This document shows positions 1 through 12,500 of a stretch of DNA of 64,000 nucleotides, in pieces. The notes under the pieces are model-generated. The model was given only the letters and a program-made list of their open reading frames with translations. It did not search any database and was not told where the DNA came from. The translations under genes were made by a program, and so were the position numbers. This DNA comes from Amphiscolops sp. MND2022. Lineage: Eukaryota. Numbering within the stretch: position 1 is the stretch's first letter; every line of letters starts with the position of its first letter. The DNA lies in NCBI GenBank assembly GCA_964187785.1, contig OZ076411.1, forward strand, positions 21,948,001 to 22,012,000, in the 5' to 3' direction.

Positions 1-343
1 TTTTATCCTACGCTGTTTTCTTCTTTACTCCCAAGAATCTTCCCGATTTTAAAATCCTCCTCATCTTTGTATTCCTTGATAATCTTATCCTTGACAAGTT
101 GTTGCGTCTGATGTTTAACAACGCCTGCCATGTTTTAAAATATGTTAGGACAGAATTAACTTCCGTTTTAAACCGGAAGTCTAATTTGTTCAATCTGGAA
201 TGAATTGTTTATCTTGAATTTCTATATTGCAATTTACCTATCTTGAATGTATACTTGTCTATCTTGGATGAGAAATGGTATATAATATACAACTCTACCA
301 CATTCAATTAGGTTTATTTAGAGGCGGGGAAATTATTGCGGTG

Positions 344-404
344 CTTTGTCATGGGGCACTTATGACAGTATAACTTATACTGTCATAAGTTCCCCATGAC
401 AAAG
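344..404. repeat. Near-perfect 61-bp palindrome (hairpin/cruciform; MITE-like remnant)
   Basis: Arm 344-373 ctttgtcatggggcacttatgacagtataa is the reverse complement of arm 375-404 with 1 mismatch in 30 bp; 1-nt loop at 374. Lies upstream of the visible Abl exons, presumably intronic. Confidence 0.9.
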
Positions 405-1148
405 TGGGCGCTTTTGTATGTACACGTTCTTTTGAAATGTTTTCACTTAAGAACAAGTGCTTCTCAAGCGCCAAAGGCTCTGTTCGAACATTTTCGGCGT
501 TTTTTTTTCAGAGATAAATACTTTGAATATTTAGGATTTTCTCTAAAATCGCCTTGAGCATGTATTGAAAATTTTGCGCTGTTCATTAACCTTTCCCGTC
601 TTGTTCCTCCTGACGTAGAGCGTTGGTTTCGTTTTTAAAAATGAATTCTCGAGGAATCTTTCACAAGTTACCTGAAAAGTTCTCCAGTTTTTTGTGACAT
701 CTGTTTCCTTTTTCATATTTTCATTTCATACTATTTTATCTACCAGGGCTTCAATTTCATACAATTCAACTATTCGCAGGAGTTTTGCGGAATGATCGCT
801 CCAATGATATTTTGTACGATGAACTCGTTGCTGTTGCGTATCGGTCGTGATCACAAGTGTTGTCTTTATTTGAGAGGTGAACCTTGTGCATAGCTTCAGT
901 ATTTTCAATTCAGTAAACGGAGACTTTTATGACTATTGCAAAAACAGGTTCAATGAAAAACTTTTCCGACGATTTATGTCAGGATCAATTCTTAAGAAGG
1001 GAAACTTCTGACTGTTTTGGCCTCTCGCTGACTAGAAAAAGCACCTTGGTTTTTCTGTTTTGTACGTTTGGATAAATCGAGTGATATGTGTCATCTTACC
1101 AATGCTCTTTCTAATATATCCTAATTAGGTTAAATGTTTGTCATGCAG

Positions 1149-1475
1149 GTGGCATAAGTTGTGGTTCCCGGACACCTGACCTGGACTCTCCTGAAGGTAC
1201 ACTGGATACAGGCACCCGCAGGTCAACGTCTGGTACCGGGGCTGGAAATGACTCAGATTCTGGTATTGGAGGACCATACGTTCAAGGAGCTCCCGGTGGC
1301 ACTCCCGACAGTGACACAGACAGCAATATTAAACTGAGAAATGCTCTCTTTTGCAAAAAGAACGCACCCGCACCTCCGATGAGAACGTCATCGTTCCAGA
1401 TTAAGGAGTCTCCATCATTCAATACTGGAATTTCCGGCGAGAACAACAATTTGAGGGCACTTGCCAATGAAGGAG
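1149..1475 (+). CDS. Abl: Abl-family tyrosine kinase, internal coding exon (post-kinase region)
   Basis: Acceptor tcatgcag ends at 1148 and the GT donor is at 1476. The open frame GISCGSRTPDL...LFCKKNAPAPPMRTSSFQIKE...ALANEG contains KKNAPAPPMRTSSF, resembling the Abl K-rich NLS/PxxP motif KKxAPxPPKRSSSF. A phase-1 junction puts it in frame with the 1795-3686 exon. Not in the ORF track because it has no start codon. Confidence 0.8.
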
Positions 1476-1794
1476 GTTCGATTTAGTCAATCTAGATCAA
1501 GTTAAAGTTATTCTACTCAAGTATTTTTGTTCAACCTATTGTAGGACTTTCCAAAATGCTATTTTCGGGCTGATATGCGGATTTTCAGTTTGTGGAAGTT
1601 AACTTCAGGGTTTTTCAAATCCGAGTTTTGACTACTAATTGACTATTAAACGAATCAATCGAATTACTCAAGTTATCCACCTGTTGATAGATATGAGCTG
1701 TTCATATTAGCGACCACCGAAAATTAACGACCAAGATTTTTCTCGATTTCGTTTTTACCATGCGCTACATTTTACCAGGCTTTTAATGTTTCAG

Positions 1795-3686
1795 ACAATC
1801 ATAGCGACACTGGCTCATCGCCTTCAGTAACAAGACATTTGGTGATGAAGAGCAGACTTGCAACTGGGCCTATTTCACCGAGCTCTGAGTCTTTGTCGAC
1901 TTTCAAAAGACCATCTCATAACGAAGAACTGACTCAGAGCTGCAATGTTGAATCATCGTCTCAACAACTGTCTGCAAATGAGGTCCGGTCGATGAAAACA
2001 ATGTCAGTGTATCATCATAACCAAAGCTCTGATTCAGAAGAAGACGTGATTGATCCCAATTTGGTTTGGAAGCCTTCTGGGGTTCTACTGAAGTCCTCAT
2101 CGAATTCGGATTTGAATAACGCAAATGAATATGGAGTTAAATGCAAACCCTCGCCTAACCCAAGAGTTTTTAGCTCTAGAGAGAATGTTCTCAACTCTTC
2201 TGCTACTGGAAGCACTTTTGGTGCCAGTCAACCACAGGGCAATCCGAGCACGAGCACATTTGCTACTGGACAAAATGCCTCTGCATCGTCAACTTTTTCA
2301 ACCTTTGGAAGCAGCATGGGTGCTCCTAATGTCGCTAAAACTAGCTCTCCCAGTGTACCTCCTAACAAACCACTCTCAGTCAAACTTCCTGCCTCTCAAC
2401 ATGGTTATACTTGTTCTGAAATAGTCCCTCCTTCTAAGACCCCAATTTCTACTTTCTCCAAATCTCCAGCCGGACTCTCGACTGCAACCAGTGCAAACGC
2501 CGAAGCCATATGGAAAGCCAGCATACCAGAACCTCCAAAAACCGAAGCGAATAATGCTAGTGTGCCCCCGGTCGTTTCCCCCACCAAGTTTTCGCCAACA
2601 AATAAAGATGCCCCGCAAACTGCAGCAAAGCCTGTACCTCCACCACCTCTTGATAGGGGTTCCTCTAAAATAAGCACTGTTAGTCATGCAGTGCCTGAAG
2701 CAACACAAAACATAGTTAAATCATCGCCGAAACTGAAGCATAAGCCAAGTTTGGTTACTGGGTCTTCTAAACCAGTTCAGCCAAAACCAACGGAACAACC
2801 ACCGCCCAAACCTCTGAAACAAACCGCTACTACTCCGACGTCGCCCACAGCTCCTCCTACTGCAGTGAAACCATCTAATCTAAAAACAAAAGGCAAATCC
2901 AACGTCCCCAATCTCATTGATGATTTGATACCCCCACCTCCTCGGGCTTTCGCAGAGAAGCCACCACCAAAAGAACCAACGACTGAGAAGTGCACAGAGA
3001 GTCTGATTAAGCCCTCGGCCTTTATTAAAGCCGTGAAATCTCAAGAAAGCGGACCCAGCAGTAGCGCAACTGCAAGCGCGCCTAAAATCAAACATGGTCA
3101 TTCGAAATCTTCTGTTGAACCTAGCAACACTACTAAGGAGACAAAATCTAAAAGCTCGAGTACGAGGAAGGCATCAACTGGTGTTTCTCCACAGACTCCG
3201 GAGACCGAAAAGAACGCGGTTCCCATTGCTGAGGTTCTAACAACCAGTTTGGACACCGTTTCAGAAATCAAATCTGGTGTAGCTTTACGTCAATCTGTGC
3301 GTCGACCTCAAATATCGACGTTGTCGGCTACAGAAACTGACATCTTTGCCGATGTTGACTTGGATACGCTTCTGAATATATCTTCTGACATAGATGCTAA
3401 TTTGAAAATTGCTTCTAATTGGGAAGGTCAACTCGAGTCCGAAGAACTTTCGGCACTGTGCACCAAGTTACAAAGATTTCACGAATGTTGCAAAAACTAC
3501 AGCATGGTTGACTTGAAAGTATTTTCGCGACGTGCGTTTACCCAGCAAGTCACAAACTTGGAAGAAGAAATTGAAACTTTAAGGAAGTCTGCTAAGTTAG
3601 CTGAAGCGTCCAAAGCAATTGCATCCTTGACGACTATTATGACTGACATCAATTCAATTTTGAACAGTAAGGAAAACAAGAGTTGA
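1795..3686 (+). CDS. Abl: Abl-family tyrosine kinase, large terminal exon: S/P/T-rich linker with PxxP motifs plus C-terminal F-actin-binding domain
   Basis: Acceptor ttttaatgtttcag ends at 1794; the frame matches ORF 1839..3686 (the TTG at 1839 is not a real start). The C-terminus LCTKLQRFHECCKNYS..FSRRAFTQQVTNLEEEIETLR..SLTTIMTDINSIL follows the Abl FABD helical pattern (L..FC..Y......KFAFRE.I.KLE..L.EL.......L...V.EIS.IV). SH3/SH2/kinase exons must lie upstream of the window. Confidence 0.8.
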
Positions 3687-5644
3687 GTTTCTTGAAACGA
3701 TTGATACCTTTTTATCGAGTACAACTTCTCAATGTTGGAAAACTGAAGTGAAACCGTAAGTCTATTACTCCGTTAGGAGTATTTTGTTTGATTTACAAGC
3801 GGTTTTTCAATTTGTACTTACTCACATTTTCCTAACTTCATTTTCTTAGAACCAGTTGTAAAGAAAATAACTTGACTGAAACTGGACGCGCGATTTTGAT
3901 CTCACTGTTAAATGTTTTTTACCTTTGAAAAAAATGTACGATAAGGTCTTTAATCCGATTGAAGAAAGCAGTAACAGAAATCTCATTTCATATTACTGTC
4001 GAGTACTACAAATTTTTAGTGTTATTTTATTGAACATAATTGCTGTAATGTTCCCAGCTCTTTATTGTTAGGCACTAAATCGGTGTAATTAAGACATTTT
4101 TGGGTTTTGAAATTTGAATATGAATAACAAGAGGTACAGTCGCGTTACGATGCACTTCTCTTGAGAATTCTTGTCAAAAATATTTGTAGTATCTTCAGTA
4201 ATTGTCAGTGTTTGTGGATTGCGTTGCGTTACTTGTCTCAATCAGTGTTGTTAAATCAATCAGTGGAAATTGCTAGCGATTGGGTATGTCCGATGGATTT
4301 TTCAGTTGTTCGTTTTTCCAAACGTTCGAAAGGTCCAATTGAACGCTCACTTTTCGATTTGATGAAGTATCCAATGTCTTCGCTCATGCATTTTCACTTT
4401 TGTTCAATTCACAATCAGTTTTTTCGCTTTCAATTTTTTTAAACTTTAAGCATGTTTCTAGTAAAACGCGGCAAGCCTCTTAACTTTGAATTGAACATAT
4501 TTGAATTGTCATGGTGTTCATATTCGCGAATAACAAGTCATTCTCAAGTTTTTAAGAGGCGCTGGACCCTGATGAGAAAACCAAACATCGAAAATTATAA
4601 CAAAAAATTGAGCTGCTTTTGTTTCGTAACTGCAGGTACTTTTAAAGCCTCGTTCGTACAAGGAAACTTTCATAATCTTGTCCAAGTGTCCAGTTTCAGG
4701 TCAAGGTGTTTCTGATTTGTGCTTGTTTTATACTTTAAATTGATTTAAGCCTTGTTGTGATAAAGTACTTTTGAAGGTTTACATGATGTCGACATTGACG
4801 TGCTTCCCAGTAGAACATCAAAATGTCCCTCCCTTCTGTCCCCTCCCCCATCAACTTTCGTGCTCTGCTTGCGACTTGTAGTAACAATATTTTTCCAGCC
4901 AAATTTAAGCTAGCTGTGTAATGATAAATAACTTTCCTTATTCTTTTTAAGCAAATAGCGATCAACATTGGATCATTGATTGTTGTCTTTCAGAGGTTAT
5001 CGCGACCAGTTTGAATATTCTATTTTTCAGTAAATCCAATTTATTCAATTCTTCGTTTTTCCTGCGTGAGACAATTGGTCGGTTAGTATTAGTGATGATT
5101 GAATCAGGTGACTGTAGTGGAGGTCCCCGTGAACCTCAAGTTAGTAACGTTCATTTTATTGTTTCGAAAAGTGCCGAAAGAATGAAGTTAAATCTCCGAG
5201 CGCTGTGACAACAGTAGAAAGCTCACCTGGCTACGATCTTCAATGCTTTTTTCGGACCATGTTTCTCATTGGCTAGCCCATGCAACTTGTTTTTTATTCC
5301 TCCAACACGAAAAACTCGCACAAATGAAAAATTGTTGATGTTACAAATACAAATAATTTCCTCACAAACGATGTCGACATCCCACGTGACGTGAAGATCG
5401 GTTCTGCTGGGCGAATGTATAATTAAAAAAGCCGGGACCGGCCCAAGTCGCCGCCCCGCTCAAGTTTCAAAAAACAAAGTTTCTTGAATATGCAAAGGAC
5501 ACAATTGTTAGCATTTTATAAATTTCTCAGTATACGCAAAAATATACGCCAAAAAATACCCCAAGGGATACGCATAAGACTCGCTGGAAAACTATTTTTT
5601 CTCCCACTGGAAACACACACACACAAAAAAAACATTTTTGACCA

Positions 5645-5890
5645 GAGCGCATGTGCGGTCAAGGAGTCCGAAACGGATTAAAATGTCCAGGATTTTCTTC
5701 AGAACTTTTGGACTAATTTTGGTTGTTTCTCAGATCCCAGTCTTATGATTTTGATGTCACTCCGCACGCAGTGGCACCTTTGGGTGTAGAATGACCCTTC
5801 TAAATTTTATGAAACTCATATGGACAGTTTTTGGGAATTTTGAACTTTTCATTGAAAGGTCGGGAGAAAAAAGCACGAGCGCATAAGTAG
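5645..5890 (+). repeat. Dispersed repeat family A (non-autonomous DNA-element-like), copy 1
   Basis: Blocks gcatgtgcggt, cccagtc..gattttgatg..gcacctttgggtgtagaatgac..catatggacagtttt and ttttcattgaaaggtcgg align to the reverse complement of 50835-51193. Confidence 0.75.
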
Positions 5891-6244
5891 TCGAATTTTT
5901 TTTAAGATAGCAGACGTCTTAAAGGGTAGACTTTGGCCAAACAAGATTTTCGAAGTCACACAGTGCCGAAATATACCGTAGGTCATTTCCACAAATATTG
6001 AGAAAACTCACCCGTTCCATAGGACCAACAGTATTCAACGAGGTCACCCTTTGGACTCCGAAAAACCTCAAAAAACCAAAAACTTGAGCAATTTTTCCCA
6101 CAAAATATTTTCGAATCTTCGGTGAGTCACATTGTCCCGAAAAAAACCGAACGTGGCCCACTATGCTCGCTTTACGTTTTGTTTGTGTCGAGGCAGAGGA
6201 ATTCGGTAAAAAATCGCAAAGATGCTGATAAAAGGACCAAAGTG

Positions 6245-6500
6245 ATCTTTGGTCTTCCCCTACTTTTTCAAACGATTTTTTTTTGGTTTAGTGCGAGACT
6301 CAAACCCACGTACTCCTGCTTCTCAGACCTCGCGTTAACCACTAGGCCAAGTGGCAGGGAGAAGTTAGCCAAAATTGAACTTGTGGAACCATTTTGACTC
6401 TTCAGGTGTATCAAAAAAACTGACAAAAAGCCATGACTATAGTCGCTCTTTCCTGAAGCATAGCGCCGACTGAAAATCGAAGCATAATCAATTTCACGCA
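6245..6500 (+). repeat. Dispersed repeat family B, copy 1
   Basis: Blocks ctttggtct, tggtttagtgcgaga..cacgtac..cctgcttctcaga, taggccaagtggcag and gccgactgaaaat are shared co-linearly with 63398-63615. Confidence 0.75.
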
Positions 6501-9500
6501 AAAGAATATATTTTCAGGCCCTGTATTTCTTGTGAGAAAACAGCCTTAGAGAATATATTTGCGATTTTTTAACTTTTTTGTTTGAAAAAATGTCCTAATG
6601 AAAGTCCCCTGAATGGTTAAAAAACTGTAGTTTCCCTATTTTTGAATTTTTCAAGAATTTTTGTACGTTCTTTGAATGTCTGTGTGGATGAATATTCGCT
6701 GAGATCAACGACAAAATTAGCTACAGATATATATACCCAGCACGCTTTTCAAAGGTTTCAAATTTCGACCGCGTTGTCCTATTTTAGTTTAGTTGTATGT
6801 ATGAGCGAATCCGCACGTTTTGAAACGTCTGATAAGGCAATAAAGCAATAAACTCCAAGGGCTTTTCGTAGATTTACAGCAACTTATCAAAGTCCAGGTT
6901 GCAGTTTTATCAAATACTCCAAAAAACGCTGCTCCTTAAAAAACAGATGAAAAGCACACGAGATGTGGCGTACTTTGTGCGTACTTTGCGTCGGGGCCTG
7001 AAAGTGTACAACGGAGCGCAATTTCGCTGCTCGTGTTTCTTGCGTCTACACAAGTATGCAACGATCTAAGTGAACAACCAACCGACTAACACATAAATTG
7101 TTTCAACGTTGGTACGTATGCTATGCTGTGCGCCGAATGTACTATTTATTTTCTGTGTATGCTGGGAATAGTAGAAATACAAGGATAAGAATACTGCTTT
7201 TGCGCATAGCTCTTTCACACAGCACACGCTCCATAAATATTGAATGTAACTTAACCGCATTTTACATTATAGTGCCTTGCATGGATTTACGCAGATAGAA
7301 GGACGGACAACCGATATGACTTCTTACAAGAGTTATGTTTGCAGCAAATTTCTTTTATTTGTGGATCATATTGACAGAAGTTCTATATCGTCATACTGCA
7401 ATTCAGCTCATTTTATCAAAAGGAAGACCTAATATGAGCTCTCCATCTTTGTGTATCGCATACGAGGCAGTTTAGGTTTGCAAATTTTTGCAATAATAAT
7501 GTAGTCTCGAAACTAAACCTAGTTTTATTCAAGTTCCAACTAAATACCGTACATATTAACGAGGGTTGTATATCAGTTTGGAATCAGTTGACAAATATGG
7601 TATGGCTTGACCAATAAAACGTCACTTTAGATCTTGATAATCTGCTTACCATGTACGACATTTACGATGAGGCCATTCAGTATTACCAACAGGCTCGGTT
7701 TTAATGATGCGAGGAACCAGATTTCTGAATCAGTACAAACTGACAACATTTATGCAGTCATTAACCAATCTACGTGAACAAACTTGTGGTTCAAAAGTGT
7801 GACGTGATACAATGTCTAAAGCTCAACCTACGTCGAATAACCGCGCCAAGCTTACAATGTTTCTAACGTAAAGATTGAACATTGGTACTTCTAATCGTGC
7901 TTCAATTGAAGTACATGGTATTAGAATCCGTCGGTTATTTTCATTCAGTGTTACCATTGTTACCATCTACATTCATCCTCAGTATTACTTGGCGTCGAGG
8001 ATAAATAACATCGTTACGTCATCACGATAGTGCAATGGAGAAGCTGGATGAATCAGCAGAGCGTTCAAGGTAGACAAGAACACTGCAGTAGAATCAAGAG
8101 TAACTCGTTTTCTTTTTTCACAGACGTTGTTCTGATCGTGATATGAATTTGGAATTTTGATGTAAGGTAAATTGAGACCCAAAATGTCATCAATGCGTTG
8201 TCAATGCAAGTGATGCTCTGTAGTTTCCGAAAAAAAAGTACTTCAGTGAGGTTACTGCGTAAATAAAAATCAACTCTGAAAATATCGATTTTAAGATATT
8301 AATGTCAGAAAATATCAGTTTAAAAGACTTCTACTGAATTTTTGCTACCTGAAAAGTTCTATATTTAATTGCAGCTTCAGTTTTTGTGACGAACGACTAA
8401 ACCAAATGAGAGCTGCACACGTTCATTTTATCGTATTTGTTTTCGTTTCTACGTGAATAAGGAAGTTCCAATTTCGGCTGAATATAAACTTCCAGCAATA
8501 AAACACCACAGCATATGGACACAGCTTGGTTACTATTTGCGTGAACTTACGTTACCGGTGATGGATAAACTTTACAGACTTTCTTATTGTTGTGGATACC
8601 TTCTGAATATGCATACTTTATTGGGCGAAATTTCACGTGGAAGAGGCAGAGTTTTCTGGAAATGATCTTTACCATGAAAGTATACTTCTATGAAATGAGT
8701 TGATGAACTGACAGCGTAGCGTGGTGGAATACTCCAGCTTACTCCCGGGAAAGAAGTTTTGTGTGTTTCGCGAATCAAGAAGCTGGAATCAAGACGCAGA
8801 GCCGAAATTGCCCTAACTGGTATGGCTAAACTCCGAAATAACTTCAGGTATTCACAAATTGTTTGCTGCAGATGATAAAACTGTAATAAACCTTGGAAGT
8901 TGATGATGTTTTCAGCTTGGGACTTGTACGCATCTGAACAGTAGGTTAACCGTAATTATAAAACCTTGAAAATAGTCATTTGATAGTGTGCGTAAAAGCT
9001 GTCTAGATTTGTTTAGGTGACGAATCAATTTGAAAGACAATGAGGCACGCATTGCATACATGAAAGTTTCAATGGTCCCTGGCGAGCAGTTTCCAAATTC
9101 GACGTCCTGAGATTAAGCCTCGACACTCGCATCAGTCAGTAGCCCCGAATCCGATGAGAATAATGTATTTTATTCTTTTTGGATTTTGAATGTAGTTAGT
9201 TTTTATTGAATAATTTAGTTAGATCCATTTCATTATTTTCATCCTCCTTAAAATCTATAACCTGTTCCTGAAAACTGTCATCGCTGTTTTCTCAAAGTAT
9301 TACTTCCTTAAAAATTACAGGGATGCAAAATCTCGCGGAGTCACGTTCTAAACTGAAGAGCGTTGCCGAGCTTTCTGCCTCATGAAGCATTTTATTTAAA
9401 CTCGGAAGTATTTACTGCCCTTCAATTAGCGAGACATCTTATTCGTTCGATTTTTTATACTGTCCTTAATTTTTTGACAGTAATCACTTAACCTGTTTTG

Positions 9501-12500
9501 TGAAGTAAGCTCCTAAGTTAACGGGAAAAAGCTGGGAACCCTCATATTCAATTTAAAATGGACCAAGTAGCTGAGCAATCTGATGAAGAATACGCAGAAG
9601 AATTGACTATTCGAGCTCACAGTTCATCTGTCTTTACCTACCACTTTCGGTGATCAAATGGAACGCAGTGTATGTTTATTTCCTTATTGTGTATTACTTG
9701 TTGACACCAACAAAGCATTGACAAATGCGATTTCTGAGCGAAAAACTTTAATTTTAGCTGGATATGGCAATAGTTCAACAAAAGTAATTCGGTAATAGTT
9801 CTGAAATTTTAAAGGTACTAAATGTAATTTTATTTAATTATCATTTATTTATGAATCCGTGGTTAATCAGTAGTTGTATCCGAACACGTTCCTCTTGAGT
9901 TCCAGATTTTGCAGAAACGCGGGTAACTCCTTCAATTCATACAATCCCATCATGCTCCCTGAGGTTTGACAATTATCCCACATCCTCCTGGTGAATGATG
10001 AATGTCATACAATTTTGTGTTATTATAATCTACATGTATTGAAACTGATGAAAACGGAGTGATGCAACACCAACGCGCGTAATGGAATTTGCCTTTGAAG
10101 CTGCTCGTTAGCTGCCAAAACGAGCAGTCGAGTCAATTCCAGTTTTTTGAGAGGTTTTCACTATATTAAAAGATCCAAGTTTTATGATCCAAGTATATTA
10201 AATGATCCAAGCTGAGCTTTTTGTGTCGAACTAGTTAAGCTATCAATGTTACCCAACAATTCTTGGCCCAAACTCCAAACAGCTGACAAGTCAAATGGTA
10301 CTTTGTTTTTGACCTTTGCTCCTTGCGTAATCTGAAACTTCATCAAGCATATCATTGTCAGAAGTTTGCAATGTATGTCATGAAAGGTTCGAACGCGGGT
10401 TATTAGAAACATGAAATGAATGATTGCATCTTCATTGCATGAAGCATCACAGATGAAGATCAGGAAATATGCTGACTGTCTCAATCTGTCAATTCATCAC
10501 CATTAGTGAAAGGCGAGACGTATAAGATAGTGCCACTAGCATGAGAATCAAAGGAATGGCAGTGAAAAGCACTTGTAAAAACTCTCATGCGTGACAATAG
10601 TCGACATCATCGAGAAGAAAACAAAATTCTGAAACTTCCAAAATTCATCAATTTTGAATTGGAACCATGTTCGATTGCTTCCAAGAGTTCTCACCAAAAT
10701 AGTTGGCATCACAGATACCTGACGTCACAAAACCACTTTGCAGTTTTGTGTTGTCAAAAAATATCCAAATGCCAGAAATTAGCTAACAAACAATGTTCAG
10801 ATACTCCCTGGGCCCGAAACCATTTTGGAGCATTTGGATTTAAGCATAAGCAAAGACAGTAAATTTTTGATACCCAAGTGACTTTTTTGTGTTTCATGCA
10901 TACTATTTGTATGGCTAGGTGAAAGTTGACTTCTCAATTGTGTTTTTCCAAATGTGCCATACTTGATTTTTATACTCCAAATGAAGCTCATACCAGTTTT
11001 GACAACGAAGAATAGTTTCGTAACATTGTTTTTTAATGGAGGTATCCCAAGTTATTTTGAAGTGCCAAATAGGAAGTGCCGAAATGATTTTCACTTATTC
11101 CCGGTTTTAATGTTATATGAACGTTTTTGTTATAAAGCTACATTATAACTTTGAACATCCACGGAGTTCAACATCAAAATTTTTGTTTACTAAACATATT
11201 GTTTGGAGAAACATTCCGTTTTCTTTCAAAAATAAATGCGTAAAAGGAACCGAAAGATTTCGACTGTTTTATGCATTTTTAGTCAATATTCTGTGTTTCC
11301 GTAGATTTGAAAATTCAGAAAAAAATTTTGGCTATTAAAGTAATTGAATATCTCTTTCCGTGAATAAAATAAGTAAATGAAGCAGAAGTTTTTTTACAGT
11401 CTTTGTACAATTTTGGATGTTTCCGTAGGTATAAGTATCCTGAGAGTTCGAAACAAAATTCTGAGTTTTTTTAAGCATTCCAGTGTTCCGAGGAATTTTT
11501 TTCCAAAAAAAATGAAAAAGGGTCAATTTTTTCGATTTTCGCAAGTTCGTAACTTAGCGGCTTCGTTCGAGCCCCAAAAGCGGTTGTCGCTGAATTAGTT
11601 CGTTGGGAAGAGGTGGCTTGGCAATCGAGGTATTCCCGCTACTCAGCGGACGTCTTGTTTACCGAGAGTTCAGTTTGACTGACGCTTTCTGACAGGCTTT
11701 GGGTTGTTCGAGCTCCACGTGTGGTTGGTGTTGTTGAGAATTTGGGTTACTTTGTATTGTGCATCCTGTCTGATTTTATAGAAAAGTTCTTAGCATCTTT
11801 TAGGTGGTATAAAGTTGGTTGGCATGTGGTAACTAATGGCTGAACGGGATTGGTGGGTGACATTCAATTTTGCTGTTAGATCCGGAGAGAATGAATGAGA
11901 AATGAGTGCATTGGTTAAACACGATGTTCCATTCAGTAGCTCAATCCTTTTTGCTGGAGTTGATCACAGATGACAATATAAGCAGGAGCTGGAACGTTCA
12001 TTGCTTTCGGTGGTTGAAGTTCTTCAGTGGTCTCCAGTAGTTGCATTTTTCCATAATTTTAGATATTAAGTTTCCAAAAAAGAAGCATAAAGCCATTGCT
12101 GGGTAAAAATGGCACTTGTTGCTTACAGGTCAATTGGAGTTTTCTGGGTGGTTTAATTGATAGCATTGGTTTTTATTTCCCGTCATTTGAGACGTCGTTG
12201 AGCTGATGAATTTCCGGAAAAGTAATTGATTGTGATGAAGTTTCAGTGGAAGAATTGAGATAGAGGATGGTGTTCATTGGTACTTTCAGACGACAGAACG
12301 GTCTATTAACAAATACGGAACAAGCGTTTCCGTTGGCCAATACAACTCGGCATCAGCACTACAGTTCCACCAACGCCAGGAGAACATGCTGGAACATTCC
12401 AACGGAAGAGTAACGAAAAATCAACAGAATTGATCTCACCCAATCCATGGAGATATTCATTCACCTCTCGAGTTCAATCTGGGAAATATTGGAAACAACC

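Noticed and set aside
8-300. Minus-strand ORF as a nuclease or viral gene fragment
   Set aside because: Interrupted frames and no convincing motif.
948-1061. Additional phase-1 Abl exon (SMKNFSDDLCQDQFLRRETSDCF..)
   Set aside because: The frame and a GTACGT donor fit, but the acceptor lacks a pyrimidine tract and there is no recognisable Abl similarity; needs RNA-seq.
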